From Nocardioides sp. (GTDB lineage: Bacteria; Actinomycetota; Actinomycetes; Propionibacteriales; Nocardioidaceae), in assembly GCF_030150155.1 (NCBI RefSeq), contig NZ_JASLGR010000060.1:56813-120812 (forward strand): 64,000 nucleotides of DNA, in the 5' to 3' direction. The notes beneath the pieces were generated by a model. The model saw nothing but the letters and a program-made list of their open reading frames with translations, searched no databases and was not told the DNA's origin. The translations under genes were made by a program, and so were the position numbers. Shown piece after piece: positions 18,938-28,684 of this stretch. Numbering within the stretch: the first letter of the stretch is position 1; every line of letters begins with the position of its first letter.

Positions 18938-19730
18938 CGAGGTCGCGACGCAGATCGAGCAGATCGATCGTCTGCAGCACCCAGAAGACGGCGAACAGCA
19001 CGAGCACCCCGATCTCGGTCGCCACCAGCGCGTAGCGCCACTGCCACAGCGCCAGTCCGACCAGGCAGACCGCGCCCATGCCGACCAGGACGACCCAGTA
19101 CGCGGCGTCGAAGCGGGTCCGGCTCACCCGCCCCTCGCGCGCGATCACCCGCACTCCCCAGTCGGTGTTGAGCACCACCACGCCGGCGAACGGGACAAAC
19201 GTGAAGATCGCCGCCAGCGCATGAGCATGGGCGGCGAACGAGTGCCGGTCGATCGCGAGCCAGGCACAGCCGACGGCCCACGCCAGGGCCACCGAGCCCA
19301 GCCCGACCAGGTTCCACCGTCCGACGCCGCCCGGCCGGCGGAGTAGGCGGAAGGCCACCACGACGTACCCGACCGCGAGCACACCGAGGAACGTCGCGGC
19401 ATTGTTGGTGATCGCCGGTACGTCGGGCACGTGACCGATCTCCGGCGTCGGGACGAACGCCACCATCGGCGCCGAGATGCCGGCCAAGTTGAGACAGACG
19501 TCCTCGGCGTCGGTGCCGCCCCGCAACGCGATCAGGCACACGCCGATTGCGCTCAGCGCCGCGATGAAGACGGGCCCGGCCGCGGTGTAGTAGTACGAGC
19601 TGATCGAGGTCTGCCACCCGTGTGCCAGCGTCTCCAGCGCGACCGAGACGGCCAGCGCGAGGAGCAGCGCCAGGAGGGAACCGCGGACATAGCGGTACGT
19701 CGTCACCTCAGGCACCGTCGCAGGGCTCAC
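18933..19730 (-). CDS. Hypothetical multi-TM membrane protein
   Basis: 265 aa, about 7-8 hydrophobic segments, 'SISSYYYT' motif, host-like codon usage. Confidence 0.75.
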   Translation of the reverse strand: MSPATVPEVTTYRYVRGSLLALLLALAVSVALETLAHGWQTSISSYYYTAAGPVFIAALSAIGVCLIALRGGTDAEDVCLNLAGISAPMVAFVPTPEIGHVPDVPAITNNAATFLGVLAVGYVVVAFRLLRRPGGVGRWNLVGLGSVALAWAVGCAWLAIDRHSFAAHAHALAAIFTFVPFAGVVVLNTDWGVRVIAREGRVSRTRFDAAYWVVLVGMGAVCLVGLALWQWRYALVATEIGVLVLFAVFWVLQTIDLLDLRRDLA

Positions 19731-19774
19731 CCCACCGTGTCTATCACCGACGCTCGGGCGCCGGAAGGTGCTGC

Positions 19775-20407
19775 TCAGGCCTCGGCGAGCAGCCGGTAGA
19801 TGGTCTTGCGGGCCTCACGCAGCGCCTCGGTGGCACCGGCGACGACCTCGTCGTTGCCCTTCGTGGTGCGGATCTGGCGCACCGCCATGTGCAGCTGCTC
19901 CAGCTCCTCCCGCAGGCCCGCGCCACCATCGGCACCGGAGTCGTCCCCCAGCTCGTCGAGGGCAGCGGGGTCGGCCTGAGCACGACCCTCGTCGGTGAGC
20001 TCGTAGGCCTTGCGCCCCTCGCCCTCGACGCTGCGCACCAGCCCCTCGTCCTCGAGCTGCTGCAGCATCGGGTAGACCGAGCCTGGACTCGGCCGCCAGC
20101 GCCCGCCGGACCTCTCCTCCAGGCGACGCATCAGCTCGTAGCCGTGGGCCGAGCCCTCGATCAGGCCTGCCAGTAGCAGGCGGCGGATGTCGCCGCGTCG
20201 GCGTCCGCCTCCTCGCGGACCGCGTCCGCGACCGCCCGGTCCACCGGGACCACCGAGCCCGCCGGGGCCGCCAGGTCCACCGCCGCCAGGGCGGCCACCT
20301 CGGCCACCGAAGCCGTGGGCACCGTCGTGCCCGCCAGAGCGGCCGCGTCCACCGCGGCGCCCGTTTCCGTCATCAAAGTCGTCGTATCCGAATCGGTTGT
20401 TCATCAT
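19775..20407 (-). CDS. PadR-family transcriptional regulator with Gly/Arg-rich N-terminus
   Basis: 'HGYELMRRLEERSGGRWRPSPGSVYPMLQQLEDEGL'; AGGAG RBS before ATG ATG (20407/20404). Confidence 0.92.
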   Translation of the reverse strand: MMNNRFGYDDFDDGNGRRGGRGRSGGHDGAHGFGGRGGRPGGGGPGGPGGLGGPGGPGGRGRGPRGGGRRRGDIRRLLLAGLIEGSAHGYELMRRLEERSGGRWRPSPGSVYPMLQQLEDEGLVRSVEGEGRKAYELTDEGRAQADPAALDELGDDSGADGGAGLREELEQLHMAVRQIRTTKGNDEVVAGATEALREARKTIYRLLAEA

Positions 20408-20446
20408 CACTCCTGTGGTTGGTATCAAACACTCACGACTATAAGG

Positions 20447-20456
20447 CGATATATCG
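20447..20456. promoter_or_regulatory. Palindrome CGATATATCG, putative PadR autoregulatory operator
   Basis: Perfect 10-bp AT-rich palindrome about 40 nt upstream of padR. Confidence 0.5.
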
Positions 20457-20555
20457 TGATTGTGTCAAGACCTATCGAGTGATCGATCGTCGGGACGCAC
20501 CACGGCCCGCGTCGGCGGAGCGACGCGGGCCGTACTGGAGAAGGGTCTGTCCGAG

Positions 20556-20687
20556 GGTGACGAACCCGGATCTCGGCCGTGGTGAACCCGGAAGTCGGCG
20601 GTGGTGAACCCGGACCTCGGCGGTGGCGAACCCGGAAGTCGGCGGTGGCGAACCCGGACCTCGCGCGTGGTGAACCCGGAAGTCGGT
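20556..20687 (-). repeat. 22-bp tandem repeat array (6 units, alternating variants)
   Basis: Six in-phase units of (G/C)GTG(G/A)(T/C)GAACCCGGA(AG/CC/TC)TCGGC on the plus strand, ending at the esterase TAA. Confidence 0.95.
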
Positions 20688-21640
20688 TAGGCGGTGACGC
20701 GGCGGAGGAAGGCCACGATCTCGTCCAGCGCGGCACGTGCGACCGGGACCGCGCCCGGCAGACTGATGAAGCCGTGGATGGCGGCGGCGTACTCGTGCGT
20801 GGTGACGTCGACCTCGGCGGCACGGAGCGCGTCGGCGTAGACCCGGCTGTGGTCGCGCAGGGGGTCGCACTCGGCGCTGACGATCAGGGCCGGGGGCAGG
20901 TCGGCGAGCGAGAAGGCGCGCACCGGGGAGGCCTCCCAGTCCTCGACGCCGTAGGACTCCCCCAGGTACAGGTGGCCGAAGCGGCGCATCCCGGCCGCAG
21001 TCAGCACGGGGGCATCGGCGTACCGCTCCTCCGACGGGTAGCTCTCGTACATCTCGACTGCGGGGTAGATCAGCACCTGCGCCAGGATCGCGATGCCGCT
21101 CTCGCGGGCCTTGAGGGTGAGCACCGCGGCGAGGTTGCCACCCGCGCTGTCGCCCATCACGACCAGCCGGGACAGGTCGCCGCCGAGGCTGTCGACGTGC
21201 TCGCGCACCCAGATGAGCGCCTGCCAGGCGTCGTCGACCGCCGCCGGGTAGGGGTGCTCGGGCGCCAGCCGGTACGTCGGCGAGACCACCACCGCCCGGG
21301 CCTGGACGGCGACGTTGCTCGCCAGCCACTCCGACTGCTCGGGAGCGCCCTGGCACCAGCCGCCGCCGTGCAGGTTGAGCACGATCGGCAGGGTCTCGTC
21401 CCCCGTCGTGGCCGGACGGTGGATGTGGAACCGCTGGCCGTCGACCGTGATGTTCTCCACGCTCACGCCGCGCGCCCGTCGCCCGAAGACGAACCGCCCC
21501 GGCAGCGTGTCCATCAAGCGCGCCCGCGACGCCCGCGCCGCGATCATCTCCTCGGCCGAGGTGACCTCCTTGGTGAGCCTGCGCAGTACGGCGGCGAAGA
21601 GGCGGGTCCGGGGCGCGAGCGCAGTCAGATCGGTGGTCAC
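20687..21640 (-). CDS. Alpha/beta hydrolase (HSL-family esterase/lipase)
   Basis: HGGG, 'YRLAPEH', GDSAG nucleophile motif, 'DPLRD', 'HGF'; start estimated at GTG 21640. Confidence 0.92.
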   Translation of the reverse strand: MTTDLTALAPRTRLFAAVLRRLTKEVTSAEEMIAARASRARLMDTLPGRFVFGRRARGVSVENITVDGQRFHIHRPATTGDETLPIVLNLHGGGWCQGAPEQSEWLASNVAVQARAVVVSPTYRLAPEHPYPAAVDDAWQALIWVREHVDSLGGDLSRLVVMGDSAGGNLAAVLTLKARESGIAILAQVLIYPAVEMYESYPSEERYADAPVLTAAGMRRFGHLYLGESYGVEDWEASPVRAFSLADLPPALIVSAECDPLRDHSRVYADALRAAEVDVTTHEYAAAIHGFISLPGAVPVARAALDEIVAFLRRVTA

Positions 21641-21735
21641 GGCACCAAGAGTGCCGTATCCACGGGTGCGGCGGGGCGACACCGGTGGACCAGCCCACCG
21701 TCGCGTCCTCACCAGGGACATGGTTCGATCGGGGC

Positions 21736-22263
21736 ATGGCCAAGGTGAAGGCGATCAAGCCGGAGAAGATGATCAAGGCGCTCAACGCCGAGCTCGAGCG
21801 GGAGAAGGCGCGCGCCCAGCGGTGGAAGGCCCAGGCCAAGAGCCTGGAGGCCGAGATCCTCAAGGCCAGCAAGCAGATCCGCAAGCTGGAGAAGTCGCTG
21901 CGGACGCAGGTCGTCGCCGCGGTCCCGTCGCTCCCGGCCCTGCCCGCGGTGCCGGGTCAGCGCAAGGGGAAGTCGGGCGCCGTGACGAAGCCGACGAAGT
22001 CGGAGAAGTCTGTGAAGTCGGAGGCTCCGGCAGCGAAGCCCGCCGTCAAGGCCCCGGCCAAGAAGGCAGCCAAGGCCCCGGCGAAGAAGGCCGTGAAGAA
22101 GGCCACCCCCTCCGCCGCAGCCGCCACAGCCGCCACTCCCGCCACCAGCGCAACCCCGGACACCACCTGGACCGTCGGCGCACTGCGTGCCCTCGCCAAG
22201 GAGCGCGGCCTGAGCGGCTACTCCTCGATGACGAAGCCGCAGCTGCTCAGTGCCCTGGCCTGA
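21736..22263 (+). CDS. Basic coiled-coil protein with PAKKA repeats and C-terminal Rho_N-like domain
   Basis: 'KAPAKKAAKAPAKKAVKK'; C-term 'WTVGALRALAKERGLSGYSSMTKPQLLSAL'. Confidence 0.75.
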   Translation: MAKVKAIKPEKMIKALNAELEREKARAQRWKAQAKSLEAEILKASKQIRKLEKSLRTQVVAAVPSLPALPAVPGQRKGKSGAVTKPTKSEKSVKSEAPAAKPAVKAPAKKAAKAPAKKAVKKATPSAAAATAATPATSATPDTTWTVGALRALAKERGLSGYSSMTKPQLLSALA

Positions 22264-22312
22264 CCAGCCTGACCAGCTGACCGGCTGGCGCGGAGCCTGA
22301 CCCAGCCGGGCC

Positions 22313-22774
22313 TCAGGCTCCGCGCAGCGCCGCCAGCGCCTCGTCGGCGTGCAGCTCGGCCTTGAACATCGACTCCACCACGTGCAGGATCCGGCCGTCG
22401 GTGCCGATCACGAAGGTGGTGCGCTGGAGCGGACCGACCTTGCCGAAGAGCGCCGGCTTCACGCCGTACGCCGCCGCGGCGCTGCCCGACGGATCCGACA
22501 GCACCGGGTAGTCCAGGTCGTGGTTCGCCGCGAACCCGGCCTGCTTGTCGACACTGTCCTTGCTGATCCCCAGGCGCTGCGCACCGAGCGCGGCGAACTC
22601 GCCGGCCAGGTTGCGGAAGTGGCAGGCCTCCTTGGTGCACCCGGGCGTCTCGGCCATCGGGTAGAAGAAGAGCACCACCGGGCCGGTTGCCAGCAGTGAC
22701 GACAGCGTCACCGGCGTCCCGGCCTGGTCGGGCAGGGTCACGTCAGGTGCCGGGTCTCCGACGGCGAGGACCAT
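22313..22774 (-). CDS. bcp: Peroxiredoxin (BCP/PrxQ family)
   Basis: 'FFYPMAETPGCTKEACHFR'. Confidence 0.88.
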   Translation of the reverse strand: MVLAVGDPAPDVTLPDQAGTPVTLSSLLATGPVVLFFYPMAETPGCTKEACHFRNLAGEFAALGAQRLGISKDSVDKQAGFAANHDLDYPVLSDPSGSAAAAYGVKPALFGKVGPLQRTTFVIGTDGRILHVVESMFKAELHADEALAALRGA

Positions 22775-23565
22775 CAGCCGTTCGCCCCCGCGTTGACCTC
22801 GTCACGCCAGGCCAGCAGGGCCTCGAGCGGCGCGAGGTCGAAGTCCGGGCCGCCGACGCCGTACGTGAAGAGACGGGCTCCGAGGTCGTAGCAGGCCTGG
22901 GCAGCCTCCAGGCTGCCGTTCTCGACGCCGACGGAGATCTCGATCTCGTCGAGGTCGCGCCCGATCGCCTCGCAGTGCCCGGCGAGCACCCCGAGCTTGT
23001 GCCGCAGGGTGTCGGGGTCGGCGAAGCTGTGCCAGATGTCGGCGTGCTGGGCGACGAGCCGGAGCGTCTTCTTCTCCCCGCCACCGCCGATCAGCACCGG
23101 GATGTCGCGGGTCGGCGCCGGGTTGAGCTTGCTCCAGCGCGACTCGATCCGCGGCAGCGCCTCGGCCAGGGCGTCGAGGCGGCCACCGGCGGTGCCGAAC
23201 TCGTAGCCGTACTCGTCGTAGTCCTTCTCGAACCAGCCCGACCCGATCCCGAAGACGAGCCGGCCGCCGCTGATGTGGTCGACGGTGCGGGCCATGTCGG
23301 CCAGCAGCTCGGGGTTGCGGTAGGAGTTGCAGGTCACCAGCACCCCGAGCTCGGCGTGCGAGGTCACCTCGGCCCAGGCCGCCAGCGTCGTCCAGGCCTC
23401 GAAGTGCTTACCCTCGGGCTCGCCGTAGAGCGGATAGAAGTGGTCCCAGTTGAAGATCACGTCGACGCCGAGCTCGTCGGCCCGCGCGACGGACTCCCGA
23501 TACGGCCCCCACTCGCTGTGCTGGGGCTGGAGCTGGACACCGATACGGACCGGGCGAGTCGTCAT
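22774..23565 (-). CDS. LLM-class F420-dependent oxidoreductase
   Basis: 'WDHFYPL', 'YRNPELLADMARTVDHISGGR', 'IGGGGEKKTLRLVA'. Confidence 0.9.
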   Translation of the reverse strand: MTTRPVRIGVQLQPQHSEWGPYRESVARADELGVDVIFNWDHFYPLYGEPEGKHFEAWTTLAAWAEVTSHAELGVLVTCNSYRNPELLADMARTVDHISGGRLVFGIGSGWFEKDYDEYGYEFGTAGGRLDALAEALPRIESRWSKLNPAPTRDIPVLIGGGGEKKTLRLVAQHADIWHSFADPDTLRHKLGVLAGHCEAIGRDLDEIEISVGVENGSLEAAQACYDLGARLFTYGVGGPDFDLAPLEALLAWRDEVNAGANG

Positions 23566-23589
23566 GGACTCAACCTACTGCGCCGGCGA

Positions 23590-24306
23590 TCAGCGCGGAC
23601 GGCCGCCGCCGAAAGAGTCCGAGACGGCACGTGGGTCGAAGGCCCGGTACGCCGTCGGCGACGGCTCCCCGAACGGCGCGGCCCCCACGGCGTCGGCCAC
23701 CGGCCCTGCCACCAGCACCACGTTGCCGGGCCGCTTGGCCTTCAGGGTGGCCGGTTCGGCGCCGGCCCAGATCTCACCACCGACGGTGCTTCGGAGCGCG
23801 GCGACGACGTCGCGGACCAGGCCGAAGGGTGCCCGGTCGGCGATGTTGGCGACCAGCACTCCCCCGGGCGCGAGCACCCGGGCGACCTCGGTGAAGAACG
23901 GCACCGTGGTGAGCTCGGCGGGCACCTCGGCGTCGCGGAACGCGTCGAGCACGACGACGTCCTGGCTCGCCTCGCGGACGGCGGCGATCCCGGTGAGCCC
24001 GTCGACGGGGCGGACCTTGATCCCGCTGCGGGGCGGCAGCGGTGCCTCGGTGCGGACCTGCTCGATCATGTCGGCGTCAGGTTCGAGCACGATCTGGGCC
24101 GAGCGGGGCCGGGTGGTGGCGACGTACCGAGGCAGGGTCATGGCCGCTCCCCCGATGTGCAGCACGCGCACCGGTCCGGGCGGGAGTCGGTCCAGGACGT
24201 CCCCGATCCGGCGGACGTAGTCGAAGACCAGGCGGCGTGGATCGGCCAGGTCGACCGCCGACTGCGCCATCCCGTCGAGGTCGAGGGTGTAGAGCTGCGA
24301 CGACAC
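23590..24306 (-). CDS. Spermidine-synthase-like SAM-dependent methyltransferase fold protein
   Basis: 'LDGMAQSAVDL.DP..L.FDYVRR', 'LHIGGAA', 'DVVVLDAF'. Confidence 0.8.
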   Translation of the reverse strand: MSSQLYTLDLDGMAQSAVDLADPRRLVFDYVRRIGDVLDRLPPGPVRVLHIGGAAMTLPRYVATTRPRSAQIVLEPDADMIEQVRTEAPLPPRSGIKVRPVDGLTGIAAVREASQDVVVLDAFRDAEVPAELTTVPFFTEVARVLAPGGVLVANIADRAPFGLVRDVVAALRSTVGGEIWAGAEPATLKAKRPGNVVLVAGPVADAVGAAPFGEPSPTAYRAFDPRAVSDSFGGGRPR

Positions 24307-24309
24307 CCG

Positions 24310-27246
24310 TCACTGCTCCCAGAAGACCCGGTCGACGACCCCGCTGGCCAGCCGGGTCAGCCGCAGGTGGTCGTTGGTCAGCTCGTTGGTAGTGCCGTCG
24401 GGGTAACCCATCAGGGTCGCTACGGCCCGCATCTCGCGCGGGTCGGTGGGCAGCTGGTCGGCGGCCCGTCCGCGGGCCAGCGTGATCGCGTTGCGGATCC
24501 GACTCACCATCAGCCAGGCCTCGATCAGGATCTCGGCGTCCTCGGACTCGATCAGGCCAGCGTCGTGGGCGGCCCGGATCGCGGGCAGGGTCTGCGGGGT
24601 GCGCAGCCCCTCGACCTCGTGGGCGTGGCGCAGCTGGAGGAGCTGGACGGTCCACTCGATGTCGGCCAGCGCACCGCGGCCGAGCTTGAGGTGGGTGGTC
24701 GGGTCGGCGCCGCGCGGCATCCGCTCGGTGTCGACCCGGCCCTTGATCCGGCGGATCTCGCGCACGGCGTCGTCGTCGAGTCCGCCGACCGGGTAGCGCA
24801 TCGGGTCGATCAGTGCGGTGAAGTCTGCTCGCAGCGCCTCGGAGCCGACGGCGGCGTCGGCGCGCAGCAGCGCCTGGATCTCCCACGGGTCGGTCCACTT
24901 GGCGTAGTAGGCGGCGTACGACGTCAGGCTGCGCACCAGCGGTCCGCTGCGTCCCTCCGGGCGCAGGTCGGCGTCGAGCTCGAGGGCGGGGTCGGGCCCG
25001 GCCGCGGCCAGGAGTCGACGCAGCTCGGTGAAGACCTTCATCGCGTACGTCGACACCGCACCCGGATCGGCGCCGTCGACGCCCCGGTGGACGAAGAGCA
25101 CGTCGGCGTCGGAGGCGTAGGAGAGCTCCGCGCCGCCGTAGCGGCCCATCGCGATCACGGCCAGCTCGGCGGGTGCGGGCTCGCCGGCCAGGACCGCGTC
25201 GCTGATCACCTGCAGGGTCGAGCTCAGGGTGGCGTCGGTGAGCCGGGTCAGGCCGGTGCCGACCGCGGTGACGTCCAGCGCCCCGTCGACGTCCCCGGCG
25301 GCGAGCCGGAACAGCTCACGTCGGCGTACGGCACGGATCGAGCGGGCGGCGTCCTCCACTCCGGTACGTCGGCGCCCGGCGGCGAGCATCTCGTCGGTCA
25401 GGGCGGCGGCGGTGCGCGGCTCCAGGGTCTCCCCGAGCAGGCGCACCCCTTCGGGCTCGCGTTCGAGCAGGTTGGTGACGTAGCGGCTGGTGGAGAGCAC
25501 CCGGGCGAGCCGTTCGGCGACCAGGCCCTCGTCGCGCAGGGTGCGCAGGTACCAGGGCGTCGAGCCGAGCGCCTCGCTGATCCGGCGGAACCCGAAGAGC
25601 CCGGCATCGGGGTCGGGGCCGTCGGCGAACCACTGCAGCAGCACCGGCAGCAGCTGCCGCTGGATGTCGGCGGTGCGCGAGACGCCCTGGGTCAGGGCGG
25701 TCAGGTGGCGTAGGGCGGCGGCAGGATCGGCGTACCCCAAGGCACGCAGCTGGGTCCCAGCCGCCTCCAGACTGAGGTGCGCCTCGGAGCCGGGCAGGGC
25801 GGCGACGGCGGCGAGCAGCGGCCGGTAGAAGAGCTTCTCGTGCAGTCGGCGGATCTCGCGGCGCTGCCGGCCGAGCTCGGTCTCGAGTCGGCTGATCGGG
25901 TCGCGCAGGTAGCCGAGCGAGCGGCCCAGGCGACGCAGCGACGGCTCGTCGGTGGGCAGCAGATGGGTGCGACGCAGGGCGAAGAGCTGGATCCGGTGCT
26001 CGACGGTCCGCAGGAAGGTGTACGCCGCATGCAGGGTCTCGCCGTCCTCACGCCCGACGTAGCCGCCGCGGGTCAGGGCGGCCAGCGCCGAGAGCGTGGT
26101 CGGCTCGCGCAGGGTGTCGTCGGCGCGACCGTGGACGAGCTGGAGCAGCTGGACGGCGAACTCGACGTCACGCAGCCCGCCGGAGCCGAGCTTGAGCTCG
26201 CGCTCGGCGTCCTTGCTGGGGATGTGCTCGACGACGCGGCGCCGCATCGCCTGGGTGTCCTCGACGAACCGGTCGCGCTCGGCGGCGCTCCACACGAACG
26301 GTTGGACGGCCTCGATGAAGGCCCGGCCCAGGGCGAGGTCGCCGGCGGCGGGACGGGCCTTGAGCAGCGCCTGGAACTCCCAGGTGCTGGCCCAGCGGTC
26401 GTAGTAGGCGGTCATCGCGGCCAGCGTCCGGCTCAGCGCTCCGGCCTTGCCCTCGGGGCGCAGGGCGGCGTCGACCTCCCAGATGTTGCCCTCGCCGGTG
26501 TGCTCGCCGCAGACCTTGATCAGCTCCGCGGCCAGCGCGTAGGCCGCGCGGGTCGCGACGGTCGGGTCGGCGTCCTCGACCGGCTCGTGCACGAACATCA
26601 CGTCGACGTCGGAGATGTAGTTGAGCTCGTGGCCGCCGGTCTTGCCCATCGCGATCACGGCCAGGCGGACCTGGTCGGCCTCAGGCACGACGGCCCGGGC
26701 GATGGTCAGTCCGGCCTCCAGGACCGAGCAGGCCAGGTCGGAGAGCTCGGCGGCGGCGTCCTCGAAGAGCAGGTCGTGGCCGAGGTCGCGGGCGGCCAGG
26801 CGCAGCAGCAGGCGGCGGTACTCGATCCGCAGCGCCGCGACAGCCTCGGTGCGCTCCTTGCCGGTGACGGCCCCGATCAGGCGTTCACGCAGCAGGTACG
26901 CCGGTGGGCGCACCGATCCCAGGGTCGGGTCGGTGAGCTCGTGCCAGTGGTCGGGGTGCCGGGCCAGGTGCTCGCCCAGGGCCGCGCTGGCCCCGAGGAG
27001 CGACATCAGCCGCATCGCGGTGCCCTCGTCGTCGGCGAGGGTGGTGAGCAGCTCCTCGGCGTCGGGGGCAGCCTCGACCAGGCGGATCAGGGCCGCCAGG
27101 GCGAGGTCAGGGTCGGCGATCAGGCCGAAGATCGCGAGCAGCGGCTCGCGGGCCGGGCCGAGCGCGGCGAGCGCGACCTCGGCCTGCTCCGGCTCGGCGA
27201 ATCCGAGCCGGAGCAGTGTGGCCTTGCTGGTGGTACGACGTTCCAC
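24310..27246 (-). CDS. glnE: Bifunctional glutamine-synthetase adenylyltransferase/deadenylylase
   Basis: Two NTase halves 'AMGKTGGHELNYISDVD' and 'AMGRYGGAELSYASDAD', 'LRPEG'; adjacent to glnA. Confidence 0.97.
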   Translation of the reverse strand: MERRTTSKATLLRLGFAEPEQAEVALAALGPAREPLLAIFGLIADPDLALAALIRLVEAAPDAEELLTTLADDEGTAMRLMSLLGASAALGEHLARHPDHWHELTDPTLGSVRPPAYLLRERLIGAVTGKERTEAVAALRIEYRRLLLRLAARDLGHDLLFEDAAAELSDLACSVLEAGLTIARAVVPEADQVRLAVIAMGKTGGHELNYISDVDVMFVHEPVEDADPTVATRAAYALAAELIKVCGEHTGEGNIWEVDAALRPEGKAGALSRTLAAMTAYYDRWASTWEFQALLKARPAAGDLALGRAFIEAVQPFVWSAAERDRFVEDTQAMRRRVVEHIPSKDAERELKLGSGGLRDVEFAVQLLQLVHGRADDTLREPTTLSALAALTRGGYVGREDGETLHAAYTFLRTVEHRIQLFALRRTHLLPTDEPSLRRLGRSLGYLRDPISRLETELGRQRREIRRLHEKLFYRPLLAAVAALPGSEAHLSLEAAGTQLRALGYADPAAALRHLTALTQGVSRTADIQRQLLPVLLQWFADGPDPDAGLFGFRRISEALGSTPWYLRTLRDEGLVAERLARVLSTSRYVTNLLEREPEGVRLLGETLEPRTAAALTDEMLAAGRRRTGVEDAARSIRAVRRRELFRLAAGDVDGALDVTAVGTGLTRLTDATLSSTLQVISDAVLAGEPAPAELAVIAMGRYGGAELSYASDADVLFVHRGVDGADPGAVSTYAMKVFTELRRLLAAAGPDPALELDADLRPEGRSGPLVRSLTSYAAYYAKWTDPWEIQALLRADAAVGSEALRADFTALIDPMRYPVGGLDDDAVREIRRIKGRVDTERMPRGADPTTHLKLGRGALADIEWTVQLLQLRHAHEVEGLRTPQTLPAIRAAHDAGLIESEDAEILIEAWLMVSRIRNAITLARGRAADQLPTDPREMRAVATLMGYPDGTTNELTNDHLRLTRLASGVVDRVFWEQ

Positions 27247-27270
27247 GGGCGCCTCAGGGAGCCGGCTGCC

Positions 27271-28608
27271 TCAGAGCACCGGGAGCATCTTGTTGCGCTC
27301 GAAGGCCGAGACCTCGGCGCGGTAGTCACTCCACTCGGCACGCTTGTTGCGCAGCACGTGGTCGAAGACGTGCTCGCCCAGGGTCTCGGCGAGCAGCTCG
27401 GAGTCCTCGGCCAGCGCGATCGCCTCGTCGAGGCCGGTCGGCAGCGCCTGGATGCCGAGGTTGCGACGCTCGCGGTCCGACAGCGACCAGACGTCGTCCT
27501 CGGCCTCGGGCGGAAGCTCGTAGCCCTCCTCGATCCCCTTCATCCCGGCCGCGAGGACGGCGGCGAAGGCGAGGTAGGGGTTGCAGGCGGCGTCGAGGGT
27601 GCGCAGCTCGATCCGGGTGGAGTTGCCTTTGAGCGGCTTGTACATCGGCACCCGGACCATCGCGGAGCGGTTGTTGTGCCCCCAGGAGACGTACGACGGC
27701 GCCTCACCGGCGGCGACGATCCGCTTGTAGGAGTTCACCCACTGGTTGGTGACCAGGCTGATCTCGGGGGCGTGCTTGAGCAGGCCGGCGATGAACTGAC
27801 GGCCGGTCTTGGAGAGCCCGTACTCGGCGCCGGCCTCGTGGAAGGCGTTGACGTCGCCCTCGAAGAGCGAGACGTGGGTGTGCATGCCGGAGCCGGGCTG
27901 GTCGGTGAACGGCTTGGGCATGAAGGAGGCCCACACGTTCTGGGTGAGCGCGACCTCACGGATGACGGTGCGGAACGTCATGATGTTGTCGGCGGTGGTG
28001 AGCGCATCGGCGTAGCGCAGGTCGATCTCCTGCTGGCCGGCGCCGCCCTCGTGGTGGGAGAACTCGACGGAGATCCCCATCGCCTCCAGGTTGGTGATCG
28101 CGTCACGACGGAAGTCGGTGCCCTCACCCTGGGCGGTGTGGTCGAAGTAGCCCGAGTAGTCGACCGGCTTCGGCTTCTTGCCGGGCACGTGCTGACCCTT
28201 GAACAGGTAGAACTCGATCTCGGGGTGGGTGTAGAAGGTGAACCCCTTCTCGGCGGCCTTGGACAGCGTCCGCTTGAGCACGAAGCGCGGGTCGGCGAAG
28301 GACGGCGAGCCGTCGGGCATCACGATGTCGCAGAACATCCGGGCCGTGGCCGGACCCTGGTCGCGCCAGGGCAGGATCTGGAAGGTCTGCGGGTCGGGCT
28401 TGGCCAGCATGTCGGACTCGTAGATCCGGGCGAACCCCTCGATCGCGGAGCCGTCGAAGCCGATCCCCTCGGCGAAGGCACCCTCGAGCTCGGCCGGCGC
28501 GACCGCCACGGACTTCAGGAAGCCGAGGACGTCGGTGAACCAGAGTCGGACGAACCGGACGTCGCGCTCCTCGAGCGCACGGAGAACGAAGTCTTCCTGC
28601 TTACCCAT
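27271..28608 (-). CDS. glnA: Type I glutamine synthetase (GlnA2-type)
   Basis: 'FDGSAIEGF', 'HHE..GQQEID', 'FMPKP..GSGMHTH', 'NRSAMVR', 'RIELR'. Confidence 0.97.
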   Translation of the reverse strand: MGKQEDFVLRALEERDVRFVRLWFTDVLGFLKSVAVAPAELEGAFAEGIGFDGSAIEGFARIYESDMLAKPDPQTFQILPWRDQGPATARMFCDIVMPDGSPSFADPRFVLKRTLSKAAEKGFTFYTHPEIEFYLFKGQHVPGKKPKPVDYSGYFDHTAQGEGTDFRRDAITNLEAMGISVEFSHHEGGAGQQEIDLRYADALTTADNIMTFRTVIREVALTQNVWASFMPKPFTDQPGSGMHTHVSLFEGDVNAFHEAGAEYGLSKTGRQFIAGLLKHAPEISLVTNQWVNSYKRIVAAGEAPSYVSWGHNNRSAMVRVPMYKPLKGNSTRIELRTLDAACNPYLAFAAVLAAGMKGIEEGYELPPEAEDDVWSLSDRERRNLGIQALPTGLDEAIALAEDSELLAETLGEHVFDHVLRNKRAEWSDYRAEVSAFERNKMLPVL

Positions 28609-28684
28609 GAGGCGCAGCCTAGCGGTGAATTGTTTCGCCAGGTTTGCCAGGCACCGGGGGTGTCGGACGCCGTCCGAGCGTGGG

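Noticed and set aside
20556..20687. 22-bp arrays as CRISPR
   Set aside because: Units are contiguous with no unique spacers, and there are no cas genes in the window
22259..22310. Short CCTGACCAG-like tandem repeats; also a 12-bp duplication at about 37820-37843
   Set aside because: Two to three short copies beside terminators; ordinary slippage
28625..28650. Possible GlnR box upstream of glnA (minus strand CAAAC-ctggc-GAAAC)
   Set aside because: Only one good half-site and the spacing does not fit GTNAC-N6-GAAAC; too weak to call
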